From Cyanobacteria bacterium J06626_4 (GTDB lineage Bacteria > Cyanobacteriota > Cyanobacteriia > Phormidesmidales > Phormidesmidaceae), in contig JBCBJQ010000005.1 in NCBI GenBank assembly GCA_038523235.1, positions 32,001 through 96,000 on the forward strand: a DNA stretch of 64,000 nt. The letters run 5' to 3'. Of the stretch, positions 30,801-41,400 are shown piece after piece. A program made the position numbers and the translations under genes. Within the stretch, counting starts at the first letter, position 1. Each line of letters begins with the position of its first letter. The notes under the pieces were generated by a model. That model saw nothing but the letters and a program-made list of their open reading frames with translations, ran no database searches and had not been told where the DNA came from.

Positions 30801-31505
30801 GACCGTCTTGGAGCCGCCGCCAAGCGGATCCGGTTGCAGCGCTCCAGGAAAACCGCTGTCAATGACCCGTAACTGATAACTAGGGGCCGTTTCACTACCA
30901 TCATGCTGAAACTGAATCAGGCCGCTATCTACATCAGCTTGAGTAAAGGTATCAGCAACGCCCAGATCAGTCGTGACGCCGTCAGCCACGCGCTGAAAGG
31001 TGCCATTCGCGGCAGAGAGAATCGTGTAGGTTAGCTCTGCCGGTGTCGATTCGCCCGCTTCATCGGTCGTCACCAGATTGGGCGTATCCGCATTGAGGAC
31101 AACCGTACCGCCCTCGGTAATGCTAAGCACATTGGTCGCAAAGATCGGGGCGTCATTAAAGACAAAGAAGTTGATCGTCGCGGGCTGCGGCTCTGAAGCC
31201 TCAGCCGCATCGCCCTCACCCACCGTGGCAATCACGCTGTATTGCGGCTCTGTATTAGAACCATCATGAGTAAACTGCACTCGCCCACTCTGCACGTCGG
31301 CCAGGGAGAATTCTGTGGTTTCCGTGGCCGTTCCACCGCTGGGCGTGAGCAGGAAGTTACCCGCCAATACTGTGGGCACAATCGTAAACCGAATATCTGA
31401 AGGAGCTGCACCTTCGCTTTCAGCATTCAGATTATTCAGAGATAGGGTTTGGGTTTGCCCTTCAACCAGAAGGAGACTGTTGTTTGTAATGGTGGGTATT
31501 GCCAT
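24840..31505 (-). CDS. giant acidic surface protein/adhesin (~2220 aa): CSPG/cadherin-like repeats, Ig-like (tandem-95/VCBS-type) repeats and five C-terminal YLxxNPDVA repeats
   Basis: repeated NDxP...EG...TDxE...FTQAxxxxG.V.FxxDG units and DGNGGTxTATV Ig-like units; start MAIPTITNN; no signal peptide seen. Confidence 0.9.
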   Translation of the reverse strand: MAIPTITNNSLLLVEGQTQTLSLNNLNAESEGAAPSDIRFTIVPTVLAGNFLLTPSGGTATETTEFSLADVQSGRVQFTHDGSNTEPQYSVIATVGEGDAAEASEPQPATINFFVFNDAPIFATNVLSITEGGTVVLNADTPNLVTTDEAGESTPAELTYTILSAANGTFQRVADGVTTDLGVADTFTQADVDSGLIQFQHDGSETAPSYQLRVIDSGFPGALQPDPLGGGSKTVIIEDFTPVNDPPLVTNSTLAVTEGTTVTIGSDDLAATDVESPADQLVYKVVIDNTADPAQPVSFIIDGVAQAGSEVTFTQAQIDANLVEFVQGGSNFEPALTVTLSDPETSVDVDFTVDFTAENDAPQFVTNTLSIEEGGTVILNSTETNLQATDEVGESTDDALTYTITSVSNGEFQRLTPEPVTLVVGDTFTQAEVDGGFIQFVQDGTSNAPDYALTVSDDGINGDPATAITTDPVSVTIPDGGFTQINDPPLVVNAAFTVTEDKTITLSSENLSTTDQDATAEQLEYTVTIDSTADPDQRDSFEIGGVAQAGPTVTFTQAQVDAGEVVFVQGGSSFDPNLTVTVKDVAIVDGGGVNTIDVPLVATLDEVNDPLELQTLSLTLTEGDTVPLSADVLSVTDEETAPDQILYTVVTVAGGDFVTTADGMAVSTFSQADIDAGLIDFKSDGLNDAPTFELTVTDGTASITVTDTSDQGVTFTAENDLPIVVVGDFVVKEGESTLINDTVLSTTDEETALEDLVYTVAIANTDPEQPDGFEIDGVLQTTDEVTFTQAQVNAGLVTFVQGGSSFEPQLTVTVTDTEIAGVTNEVPVPLVATFEDENDPLRLQALSFTLIEGDTLPVTTEVLSVIDEETLDPAAILYTVDVVTGGSFITVADGQPALSFTQADIDAGTIIAFASDGGNSAPTFSLTVTADGEEPLSVTDQDLDGVTFTPTNDEPIVGPSTITVGEGERVVITEAELSTTDEAGETAAEDLRYTIVLESTDPEQLDGFEVDGVLQTTAEVTFTQAQVNNGQVAFVAGGSNSAPNIITAIVTDTAVVEAGEVNAVDVPLVIALNADNDPPQVVTNLLEISEGETLTLDADNLFTQDEETPPEELVYTIDEVLNGSFQRFDTDLGTVVGPIAMGETFTQADISGGTIQFVHDGGEEAPSYTLTVVDTPLVMDGPVNSEQIVAFIPEGGFTNVNDDPTLDLNALTIDEGGEVTFSAEENLAASDPDSTESQLRFEISDVTGGTFFLNGTELVDGETFTSAAIAFGELTFKDDGDEIAPTYSVTVRDPEGGSSEAVPATVILNQINDAPAIETNTFTFTEGERLVLNDPATGVINLQATDDETPPDELVYVISDGVVGGEFLDFNAQPITTFTQAELNDGDINFLPDGGEVKPAFEITVSDQDGGEETVQANVEDLIPVNDPPTLENSQLTVTEGAPVILMTDNLSATDPDTPAEDLIFTITELVGGEFISLAPDAVNPVTSFTQGEVEAGQIQFVDDGDETPPSFSVSVSDGELTTEAVPVTITGFINVNDPPVAVDDAGDDFSTPADTILTTASVIANDTDEDGDALTVTQIAGQAVTAGAVTLESGALVTALADGTLSYDPNGQFGGLAQGATVEDSFTYVVSDGNGGTATANVTVEIVGVNDPPDAVDDGGEGSEGFVTDDNQDLTTPVLTLNDTDPDNDTLTVTAINGNAIAPNGSVTLDTNAIVTLNDDNSVTYTPAPADQSLAVGETRDEEFTYTISDGKGGEDTATVTILVNGANEAPVATDDLDPGFATTEGTEITLDVLANDTDIDDGDMLTIESVDTTGITGEVIINDGDLTYIPALVLKGGETAEEIFSYTVSDGNGGTDTADVKVTVTGVNDAPIPVNDSGGGFITNELTAFVTANVLANDSDPEGGPVTLTGFDASGTQGVVTSNGDGTFNYDPNGAFNTLPQSRTATDSFSYTIQDDEGLTTTATVSIQINGLQSEFFDFERFLQEQNPAAVAPADTIGGLPLAQLYDESFYLSQNPDVASAVAAGGLSSGYQHFVTAGINEGRNPSVLYNEAFYLSANPDIAAAVNAGGVASGLAHFLNSGHIEGRDPSALFDQSDYLAANPDVAGAVADGVFESAFDHYITAGAEENRLPSLSLYNDGFYLSNNPDIAAGVANGTISSGYDHFIALGQTENRAPSSLYNEASYLALNPDIAAAVSAGTLTSGFQHYESTGRFEGRFVF

Positions 31506-32486
31506 GGAATTCACTCGTGATGTCAACGCAACAAAAAGACTCGGCTGGTGCTTACTCGCGACCTAAAGGGCAACCGCTTTTTCACAATGCATAAATCGTG
31601 AAAAAGAGCGAAACAATCTAAAATTGCCAACCAGAAAAACACCCATCGCAAAAGATAGGCTGCCCTACAACAAAAAGTCACATAAACTGTAGCTCACCTT
31701 TGAAAAAATGAACATTAAATCGTGTATTTTTTTGAGTTGCGATCGTCGCCAATAAATCCGTGCTGAATCAGCGTTTGCGATCAAAAAACATTTATATAGT
31801 GAGATGCAAAACCGCAGTCAATTCTGCTGTTTGTGAATGACGACTAATCTTGGCTGGCCAATGGCTTAATCTCAAGACCTTAAGTGCTCGCGATCGTCAA
31901 ACTCTAAAATCAGTCAAAATTGATGAGCGCCTGATGAGCTCAGGGAATGGCTATCCAATAATCAGTCAGGATGATTAAGTGGCGTGGAGTCATGCCCCAA
32001 AACAATCAGCTCCGCCTATCACCAACGGGTAGATTGGGCGCGTCGTCACTGATCGTGATCCATCCTGCAGCGATCAAGGATACCGAATAATTGTGTTGAG
32101 AGAGCGATCGCTGGATATTGAACTGTCTCTAACCGTGAGCAGGCGTCATCAATGATCAAGCAATCATTTGTCAGCAAGCCGATCAGCGGTTAGAAATGAT
32201 TGACTTGGGTCAAACAGTAGCCGTTACAAATTCTTGAAGTAATCGTTCAAAGTTCTCGAAGCCACAATGCTAATCCGCAATTTTAAGCTTCCTTAAAACT
32301 GCAGACACAATAATATCAGTCTAGAAATAATGTCTCTCCTGACAAAAAGTGAAAACCAATCACTGGTCTAACATCCTTAACGTTTCTTCTATCAGGTTCG
32401 GAGTGGGTCGCACCTCAAGCGATCGCAACCAAATTGGCTAGAAAGTTGAGGTGCAAATTCCACACTGAGCTGATTTTCCTGATGAT

Positions 32487-35400
32487 TTAGAACACAAAAC
32501 GACCTTCAAAACGACCGATATCCTCATAGTGCTGGAAGCCACTGATAAAGGTGCCGGCATTGACGGCATCCGCCACGTCGGGGTTGCGAGCCAGGTAGCT
32601 CGCTTCGCTGTAGAGCGAACTGGGGGCTCGCCCTTCTGTTTGACCCAGCGAGATGAAGTGGTCATAGCCACTGCTGATGGTGCCATTGGCGACGCCGGCA
32701 GCAATATCTGGGTTGTTGCTGAGATAGAAGCTCTCGTTGTAGAGCGACAACGACGGTAAACGACTTTCTTCGGCACCGACGGTGACGTAATGGTCGAAGG
32801 CACTATCAAACACGCCACTTGCCACGGCGTTAGCGACATCAGGGTTGGCGGTCAAATAATCACTCTGGTCAAACAGCGCACTCGGGTCACGCCCCTCAAT
32901 ATGACCACTGTTGAGGAAGTGCGCGAGACCGCTGGCGATCGAGCCGTTAGCAACCCCGTTAGCGATATCCGGATTAGCGCTCAAGTAGAAGGCTTCGTTA
33001 TACAACACGCTGGGGCTACGACCTTCGTTAATGCCCAAAGTGACAAAGTGTTGATAGCCCGACGAGAATCCTCCGGCAGCGACTGCACCGGCCACATCGG
33101 GGTTTTGGCTGAGGTAGAAGTTTTCGTCATAGAGCTGAGCCAAGGGCAGGCCAGCAATCGTGTCTGCCGGAGCTACTGCTGCTGGATTTTGTTCCTGCAG
33201 GAAGCGCTCAAAATCGAAGAACTCACTCAACAAACCATTGACTTGAATGTTGACCGTCGCCGTCGACGTGAGACCATCCGCATCTTGAACGGTGTAGCTA
33301 AAGCTATCGGTCGCCGTCTGCCCTTGCGGCAGCGTGTTGAACGCGCCATTGGGGTCATAGTTAAAGGTGCCATCGCCATTGCTGGTGACTAATCCTTGCG
33401 TGCCGCTAGTATCGAAACTAGTCAGAGTAATGAGGCTACCTTCGGGGTCGCTGTCGTTGGCGAGCACGTTGCCCGTGACAAAGGCAGTTACCTCATTCGT
33501 GATGAAGCCGCCGCCGCTATCGGTGATGGCGATCGGCGCATCGTTAACACCGGTGACGGTGACTTTGACCGCCGCCGTATCGGTGCCCCCGTTGCCATCG
33601 CTGACCGTGTAGCTAAAGGTTTCATCAACGGTTTCGCCCCCTTTGAGTACCAGCGCCGGGATATAAGTGAGGTCACCACCGTTATTGATGACCTGCCCCG
33701 TAATGCCAGTGGTGTCAACACTTTCAACCACTAGGGTGTCGCCGGTATCCGCGTCGGTGTCGTTTGCCAGCACACTAATAGTTATAGGAGTCCCTTCGGT
33801 CGTGGCCAAACCAGTGGTGTCGTCGGTGGCGACGGGCGCGTCGTTGGCCCCGTTGATCACAATGGTTACGGTGGCGTCGTCAGTGCCGCCGTTGCCATCA
33901 TCAATGGTGTAGGTAAAGGTGTCGGTTGTCGATTGCCCGACAGACAGCGCCTTAAAGGTCGGTGAAGGCGTATACGTTACAGAATTATTGGCATTGAGCG
34001 TAACCTGACCGTTAGAAGGCAGGGTTGCCGTGGCCCCAGAGGCGATCGCCGTACCGTTGATTTTGGTGACCGTGAGCGGATCGTCGTCAGGGTCAGAGTC
34101 ATTGAGCGTGAGCACTGCCGTCGTCAGGGCTTGATTGTCATCGGTGGCAAAGCCCTCACCCGCATCATCCACAGCAGTGGGGGCATCATTCACGCCCGTC
34201 ACGGTCACTTTTACCGAGGCAGTTGCAGTGCCCCCATTGCCGTCACTGACCACATAGGTAAAAATTTCGTCACGGGTTTCACCATCCTTGAGGCTGCCGG
34301 GGGCAGCAGTGGGGTTGTAGGTGAGCGTCGTGCCATTGTTCGTGACCTGCCCCAACACACCCGTAGTATCGACACTCAAAATGGTCAGCGTGTCGTTGGT
34401 GTCAGGGTCGCTATCGTTAGCCAACACATCAATGACAGTGGTGGTGTTTTCGTTCGTTGCTCCGGTATCAGCCACAGCGGTGGGAGCATCGTTAGCGCCC
34501 TCAATCACAATGGTGACCGTCGCCGTATCCGTCTCTGCCCCCATGGGGTCGTTGTCACTGAGGGTGTAGGTAAACGTATCGGTTTTCGTTTCGCCGACCG
34601 CTAAATCTTCAAATTTGCCATTAGGGTCGTAGTTGATCGAGTTGCCGTTGATCGTGACCGTGGCTCCCGAAGCGAGGGTGGCGACCCCACCATTCACCTG
34701 GCTGACGGTGAGCGGTGTGCCTTCTTCATCAGTGTCATTCAGCGTTAAATCGGGCGTTGTGAAGGCCGTGTCTTCGTTCGTCGTAAAGCCTTCACCGCTG
34801 TCGTCATTGGCCGTCGGGGTATCGTTGACCGAAGTAAAGGTGACGATGGCCTCCGCACTAGTTTCACCGCCATCGGGGTCGGTAACCGTGATGGTAAAGC
34901 TGGGCTCAGTGCTAGTGTCATCTTGCTTAAAGGCGATCGCCTTATTATTGATGTCCTCTTGCGTAAACGTTGTGGTCGGCGTCAGGCCATTCAGGAAGAA
35001 CCCGCCCCCTTCGGGTGGCGTGACCGTGTAAGTGAGCTGGGCCGGATCAGTCGTCTCAGCATCGGAGGCTTTAAGGTTAGTGTCATCAAGAATTAGCACC
35101 TGCCCTTCATTGAGGGTGAAGGCGTTGACATCTAGAGTGGGATCGTCGTTAACCTGGAAGTTATCCACGTTGATCGTGGCAGTTTCCGTGACTGTGCCGC
35201 CATCGGTATCCGTGACTGTGACGTCAAAGGTTGGGGGAACCTCATCACCATCGTCTTTGAAGGTGACCAGACCCGCATTGATTTGGACCAGAGAGAACGT
35301 ATCGGCCGCCCCTAGCGCAACGCCGTTGAGGAAGAAGTCGCCACCAGTGACGTTCGCTGGGTCGATACTAAATTCCAGCAGCGTGGCCGCATCTTCGCGA

Positions 35401-38400
35401 TCGGTCGCGTTGATGTCGGCTGCAGTCAGCGTAATCAACTCACCTTCCACTGGCGAGAGTTGACTGGCCGTAAACACCGGATCTTCATTGACCTGCGTAA
35501 AGGTCGCTGTCAGGTCCACCGTAAAGGTAATTTCTTTAGCTTCGGGTACACCGTTGTCAGTCACTGTGACGGTGTAAGTCGGCGCGGTCTCGCTGCCATC
35601 GTGGGCAAACGAAACTCGGTTGGTGTTGATGTCTTGCTGGGTAAAGGTGGTGGTAGCAACGCCATTGAGCAAAAAGCCGCCATTAGTCGTTTGAGCTTCG
35701 TCTACCGTATAAACCAGCAGAGCCGGGTTGGTCGTTTCCTCATCGGTCACTTCCAGCTGAGCTTGAGTGACGTTGGCCGTTCCGCCTTGGGTAATAACAA
35801 ATTCACCAGTGGCCCCCGTGGTATTACCGTCTAACACGGGGTCATCATTGATTGCAGTGAAAGCGATTGCCGCAACGCTGGTATCGCTACCGGGGGGGGT
35901 GCCGTTGTCTGCGACCTCAAGGGTATAGGTCGGAGCATCGTTCAGATCATTATGCTCAAAGGAGATCAGACCCGCGATCACATCCTGCTGGGTAAAGGTG
36001 TCGCCGTTCCCCAACTGGGTTGCCCCGTTGAAGAAATCACCATTGGTCAAATTGCTGATCGTGTAGGTCAGATCGGCAGGGCCTGATTCTTCATCGGTCA
36101 CCTGCAGATTACTAGTGGTCAACGTGACCTTGTCGCCCTCGGTCAGCGTGAGAGTGTTGAGCGTAATCTCAGGGTCATCGTTTTGATCAGCGAGTTGAGC
36201 GATGTAATTTTGAGTATCGCTGTTACCCCCATCATCTTCGACCTTCAGCGTGTAGCTGGGCACCGTTTCGGTATCGTCGTGCACGAAGATAATGGTGCTC
36301 GGCGAGTTGATGTCAGCCTGGGTAAAGGTGTTGATCGGCGTAGTGGGATCAGTCGTCGTAGCAAAGAAACCGCCGACTTCATTAGTTACCGTAAACGTCA
36401 GATTTTCCGGCAGTGTGTCGGTGTCAGTCGCCTTAATGTTGGTTTCATTAAGGATGAGTGTGCCCCCTTCATCAATCAAGAAGGGATCAGGATCGGTGGG
36501 GACACCGTTATCGACCAGAAGCACCGGCGCATCATTGATGGGGTTGACTTTGACCTCTGCTGCCGCCCCAATCGGGTCAGAAGAGGTGTCAGTTCCATCG
36601 CTAACGACAACGTCGTAGCTGGCCTGGAGGCTGCTGGCATCGCCTGGCACCTCATTGCTATCGTCATGGGTAAAGGTAACTTCACCCTGGATGATGTCTT
36701 CTAAGGTAAAGGTGGTCTTATTGAAGGTGCCGTTCACAACGTTAGAAACAGTGAATTCGAGATCGAAAGCAGGAGTCTCGACGTCACTGGCGAAGAGGTT
36801 GTCAGTGCCCAGGGTCACCGTGTCACCTTCATTCACCTCCAGGTTGTTCACCAATAGCAACGGCAGGTCATTGGAAGGGGTGAAGGTAAAGTCCGCTGGC
36901 GTGATGGATTTAGTCACATTTTCAGCGACGGGGCTGCCACCATCGTTCAGTGTGACCGTAAAGCTAGGCGCTTCTTCGCCCTCAAGCACAAAATCAACGA
37001 GCCCGCTCTCTATGTCAGCTTGCGTGAACTTGGTAGCGGGATCGTCGCCGCCATCAATCACAAATCTGCCGTTAGCGGTCACATCGACGGTGTAGACCAA
37101 ATCATCGGTAGTGGTCAGGCCAGCGGTAAGTTCAGCGTCGGTGGTGACAAAAACTGACGTCGTAATATCGACGATGTCGTCTTCCGCCACGTTAGGGAAG
37201 ACGATGTTGAAGTCGGGCGCATCGTTGACGGCGGTAAAGTCATCAATGCCGCCACTGACTGGGGCCAAGGTTGTCGTACCGTCGCTCACCGCGATCGTAA
37301 AGACCGGGCTGCCCTCGCCTTCGTAGAGGAAGGTGACGTTGCCGTTGAGAATGTCTTCGCGAGTAAAGGTCGTACTGGGTGTGCCATTCAGCAAAAAGCT
37401 GCCCGCATCCGTGCCGCCGATAGTAAATGTGATCTGCGCATCAGCCGTATCTTCATCGGTGGCATCTAAGATTGCCGTGGTCACGGTTAGCTCAACACCT
37501 TCTGTAACGGTGAAATTGTTGGCCTGGATCTCTGGCGGATCGTCGGTGGCATTCACTGTACCGGTGCCCGTCGCCTCCGTGAAGGCACCCTCATCATCCT
37601 CAACCTTGATGTTGAAGCTGGGAGGGGTCTCAGTGCCGTCGTTCTGGAAGAACACGTCGTTGGCGTTAACCTGCCCTTGAGTAAAGCTGCTGCTTTCGAC
37701 GCCGTTGACCAGAAACTTGCCGCCTTGCTCTCCTGACACGGTGAAGAGCAGGCTGCTGTTTAGGTCATCAGCATCGGTGGCATTCAAAATCGCGTTGTTG
37801 ATTAATGTCAGACCACCCTCAGCTACGGCAAAAGTGTTTAGCGTATCAAACACAGGGGCGTCGTTTTTGGCGGTGAACTCTACATCGCCCGCTTTGGTGA
37901 CAGTACCACCGGTGCCATCAGTGACCGTGATGTCAAAGACGGGATCCACTTCGCCTTCATACAAGAAGGTCACCCGATTCAAGTCGATGTCTTGACGGGT
38001 AAAGGTTGTGTTGGCCACACCATCGACCAAGAAGCTGCCCGCATCAGTACCGCCAATGGTGAAAGTGATTTGAGTGCTGTCGGTGGTCTCATCATCCGTC
38101 GCGTTCAACACGCCGCTGGTGACCTGTAGCAGTTCCCCTTCAACAATATTGAAGTCGTTGACCGTAATCTCGGGGTCATCGTTAATGAGGTTAAGCGTAC
38201 CTGTGCCCGTGGCAGTGGCGGTGAGCTCGCCATCGCTGACCGTGATCGTGTAGCTCGGCGCAATTTCGTTACCGTCATGCTTAAAGAAGACCCGACCGAG
38301 GTTGATGTCGCGCTGAGTAAAGGTCTGGGCCGGCGTGGTTTGCCCGACAATAAAGAAGTTGCCGCCTTCCTCATTTGAGACGGTGAAGGTCAGGTCAGAA

Positions 38401-41400
38401 TCTTCAAAGTCCCCATCGGTAGCTGCCACAATAGCATTGGTGATAGGGGCATTGCCGCCTTCATTGACGTTAAAGGTCGGTAGCACGCCGCCGGTCAAGT
38501 TCAAAAACTCGGGGCGATCGTTGACTTCATTAAATTCAGTGACGTTACCGGCTACATCAATAGTGGCGGCAGGCGTTTCCTGATCGCTGACGTTGATGCT
38601 AAAGACTGGGCTAGTTTCACCGTCATAGAGGAAGGTAACGTTGCCATCGCTAATGTCTTGACGGGTAAAGGTGGTACTGGCCGTGCCGTTTACCAGGAAG
38701 CTACCGGCATCGGTGCCGCTGATCGTGAAGAGAATATTGGCGTCGTTAGAGTCTTCATCCGTGGCATCCAGCACAGCCGCCGTAATCGAGAGGAGCTCGC
38801 CTTCGGTCACCTTAAATTCATTAGTGAGGATCGTCGGTGCATCGTTGGCCGCGGTAACGGTGCCCGTGCCAGTTGCCTCGGTGGACGCGCCCTCATCATC
38901 CTCGACTTTGATGTTGAAGCTGGGAGCGGTTTCGGTGCCATCGTTCTGAAAGAACACGTCACTGGCGTTAACCTGGGCCTGGGTAAAGGTCGTGCTCACC
39001 ACACCCTCAACCAAAAAGTCACCACCGACGATATCCTTCACCGTAAAGATGAGGCTGCTATCAAGGTCATCGGCATCAGTGGCCTTGATGATCGTTTCGT
39101 CAATCTCGACCAAACCACTCTCAGGGACGTTAAAGGTCGCTAGCGTATCAAACACGGGCGCGTCATTCACCGCTTCAAAGCCAATGACATTGCCCGCTTC
39201 GGTAAATATGTTGCCAGTGCCGTCTTCAACCTTGATGTCAAAGACGGGTTCCACTTCACCGTCATACAAGAAGGTGACCCGATTCAACAAAATGTCTTGG
39301 CGCGTAAAGGTCGTGTTGGCGGTGCCATCGACCAAAAAGCTACCTGCGTCGGTACCGCTGACGGTGAAGGTGATTTGAGCGCTGTCGGTCGTCTCGTCAT
39401 CAGTGGCATTAAGCACCGTGCTATCGACAAGTAGCGAGGTGCCTTCTTTGACATCAAAGTTGTTGACCGTAATCTCAGGGTTATCGTCAGTGGTGACAAC
39501 CGTGCCGGTACCGATCGCCACCGTTGAGGCGCCCTCATCATCGCTGACCGTGATCTTGTAGCTGGGATTAATGTCGTCACCAGTGTTCTTAAAGAAAACG
39601 GCACCGGCGTCTACCTGGGCTTGGGTAAAGGTGGTTGCGACCTGACCTTCAACCAAAAAGTCCCCTCCAACGACATCGGCAACCTCAAACGTCAGGCTGC
39701 TATCGTCATCATCAGCGTCGGTGGCATCCAAGATCGTGTTGTCGATCGGTGTCAGATCGTTTTCGTTCACCGTAAAGGGGGCGAGCGTTGCAAACACCGG
39801 GGTGTCATTGGTGGGAGTGAAACTGATGACATTACCCGCTTCTGTAAATTCGCCGCCAGTGCCATCTTCAACCTTGATGTCAAAGACCGGGTCGACTTCG
39901 CCTTCATACAAGAAGGTCACCCGGCCAGCAAAGATGTCTTGCCGAGTAAAGGTCGTGCTGGCCACGCCATCGAGCAAAAAGCTACCCGCATCGGTACCGC
40001 TGACGGTGAAGGTGATTTGAGCGCTATCGGTCGTTTCGTCATCCGTTGCGTTGAGCACCGTGCTATCGACGTTCAGCACTTGCCCTTCAACGACTGTGAA
40101 GGTGTTAACCGTAATCTCAGGGTCATCGTCGATCGCCGTAACGGTGCCGGTGCCGGTGGCCTCCGCGAACGCGCCCTCATCATCTTCTACCTTGATGTTG
40201 AAACTAGGGTCAGTCTCGCTGCCGTCGTTTCTAAAGGTCACCAGGCCGTTGTTGATGTCTTGCTGGGTAAAACTGGAGGTCTCGCTGCCGCTGAGAATAA
40301 AGTCGCCGCCCTCTACATCGCTGACGGTAAAGAGCAGGGTGGCGTTGTCATCATCTTCGTCGGTGGCACTTAGCACACTGCTGTTGATCGGCGCTTCAGC
40401 CCCTTCGGCGACAGTAAAGGTACCGACGGTGAGCACCGGGGCATCGTTAACCTTCAAGAAGCTAGTGATAGTCCCAGGTACTACCGTTGCCAGCGGTTCG
40501 CTATCTTCGACAGTGATGGTAAAAGAGGGCGTCACCTCACTGCCATAGAGGAAGGTGACCTTACCATCAATAATGTCTTGGCGGCTAAAGGTGTTATCGG
40601 GGGTGCCATCCACTAGGAAGCTGCCAGCCGCAGCACCGGTGATGGTGAAGTTGATGTTGTTGTCGTCGGTTTCTTCGACATCGATCGCATTTAACACGCT
40701 GAGATCAATGTCCAGCGGCGTGTCTTCAACAATGTTGAAGTTGTTGACAATGACCTGCGGCGCGTCGTTTGCCCCCGTGACCGTGACGTTATACACCAGA
40801 TCTTGAAACCCGCCGTCGCCGTCAGTCACCTGCAGCGTAAAGGTGTCAGTGCCTTCAAAGTTGAGGTTGGGGGTATAGGTAAACGACTGCTCGCCATTGG
40901 CCGCACTGGTCGTGGCAGTCACAGTGCCGTTAGTCGGCGCTGCTGTGACATCCCAGGTGAGCACATCTTCAATGCCGACATCGGTCGCTTTGACCGTAAA
41001 GTCTTCAGCGGTGTCTTCAGTCAGCGCCAGCGTGGCCGGAGACGCGGCCGGGTCAACCAGGGTGGGATCGACGTTGAGGACTGCGATCGCCTGTTTGGTC
41101 ACGATTGCTTGACCGGCGGCATCAGCTGCCGTCACCGTCACCGTGTAGGAGCCGGTGCCTTCATCGACATAGGTATGAGTGAGGCCATCAAACGAGATTT
41201 TAGTTGCCGTCACGTCGGTGGCAGCACCGCCCAACGTCAGGTCAGTATCTTTAAAGGTTTCGACGGTACCATCGCCCCAATCCACCGTTAGGGTGTGGGT
41301 ATCGTCAAAAAAGGCGTCGGTAGAGTTATCGACATCGTCAAAGCTGCCCGCCAGCGTCACGGCGCTACCCTCGTTGAGAGAGGTGACATCGGGCGTGATG

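Noticed and set aside
24840..34195. Diversity-generating retroelement interpretation of the duplicated 3' cassettes
   Set aside because: Both copies are coding, differences are not confined to adenines and no reverse transcriptase is present
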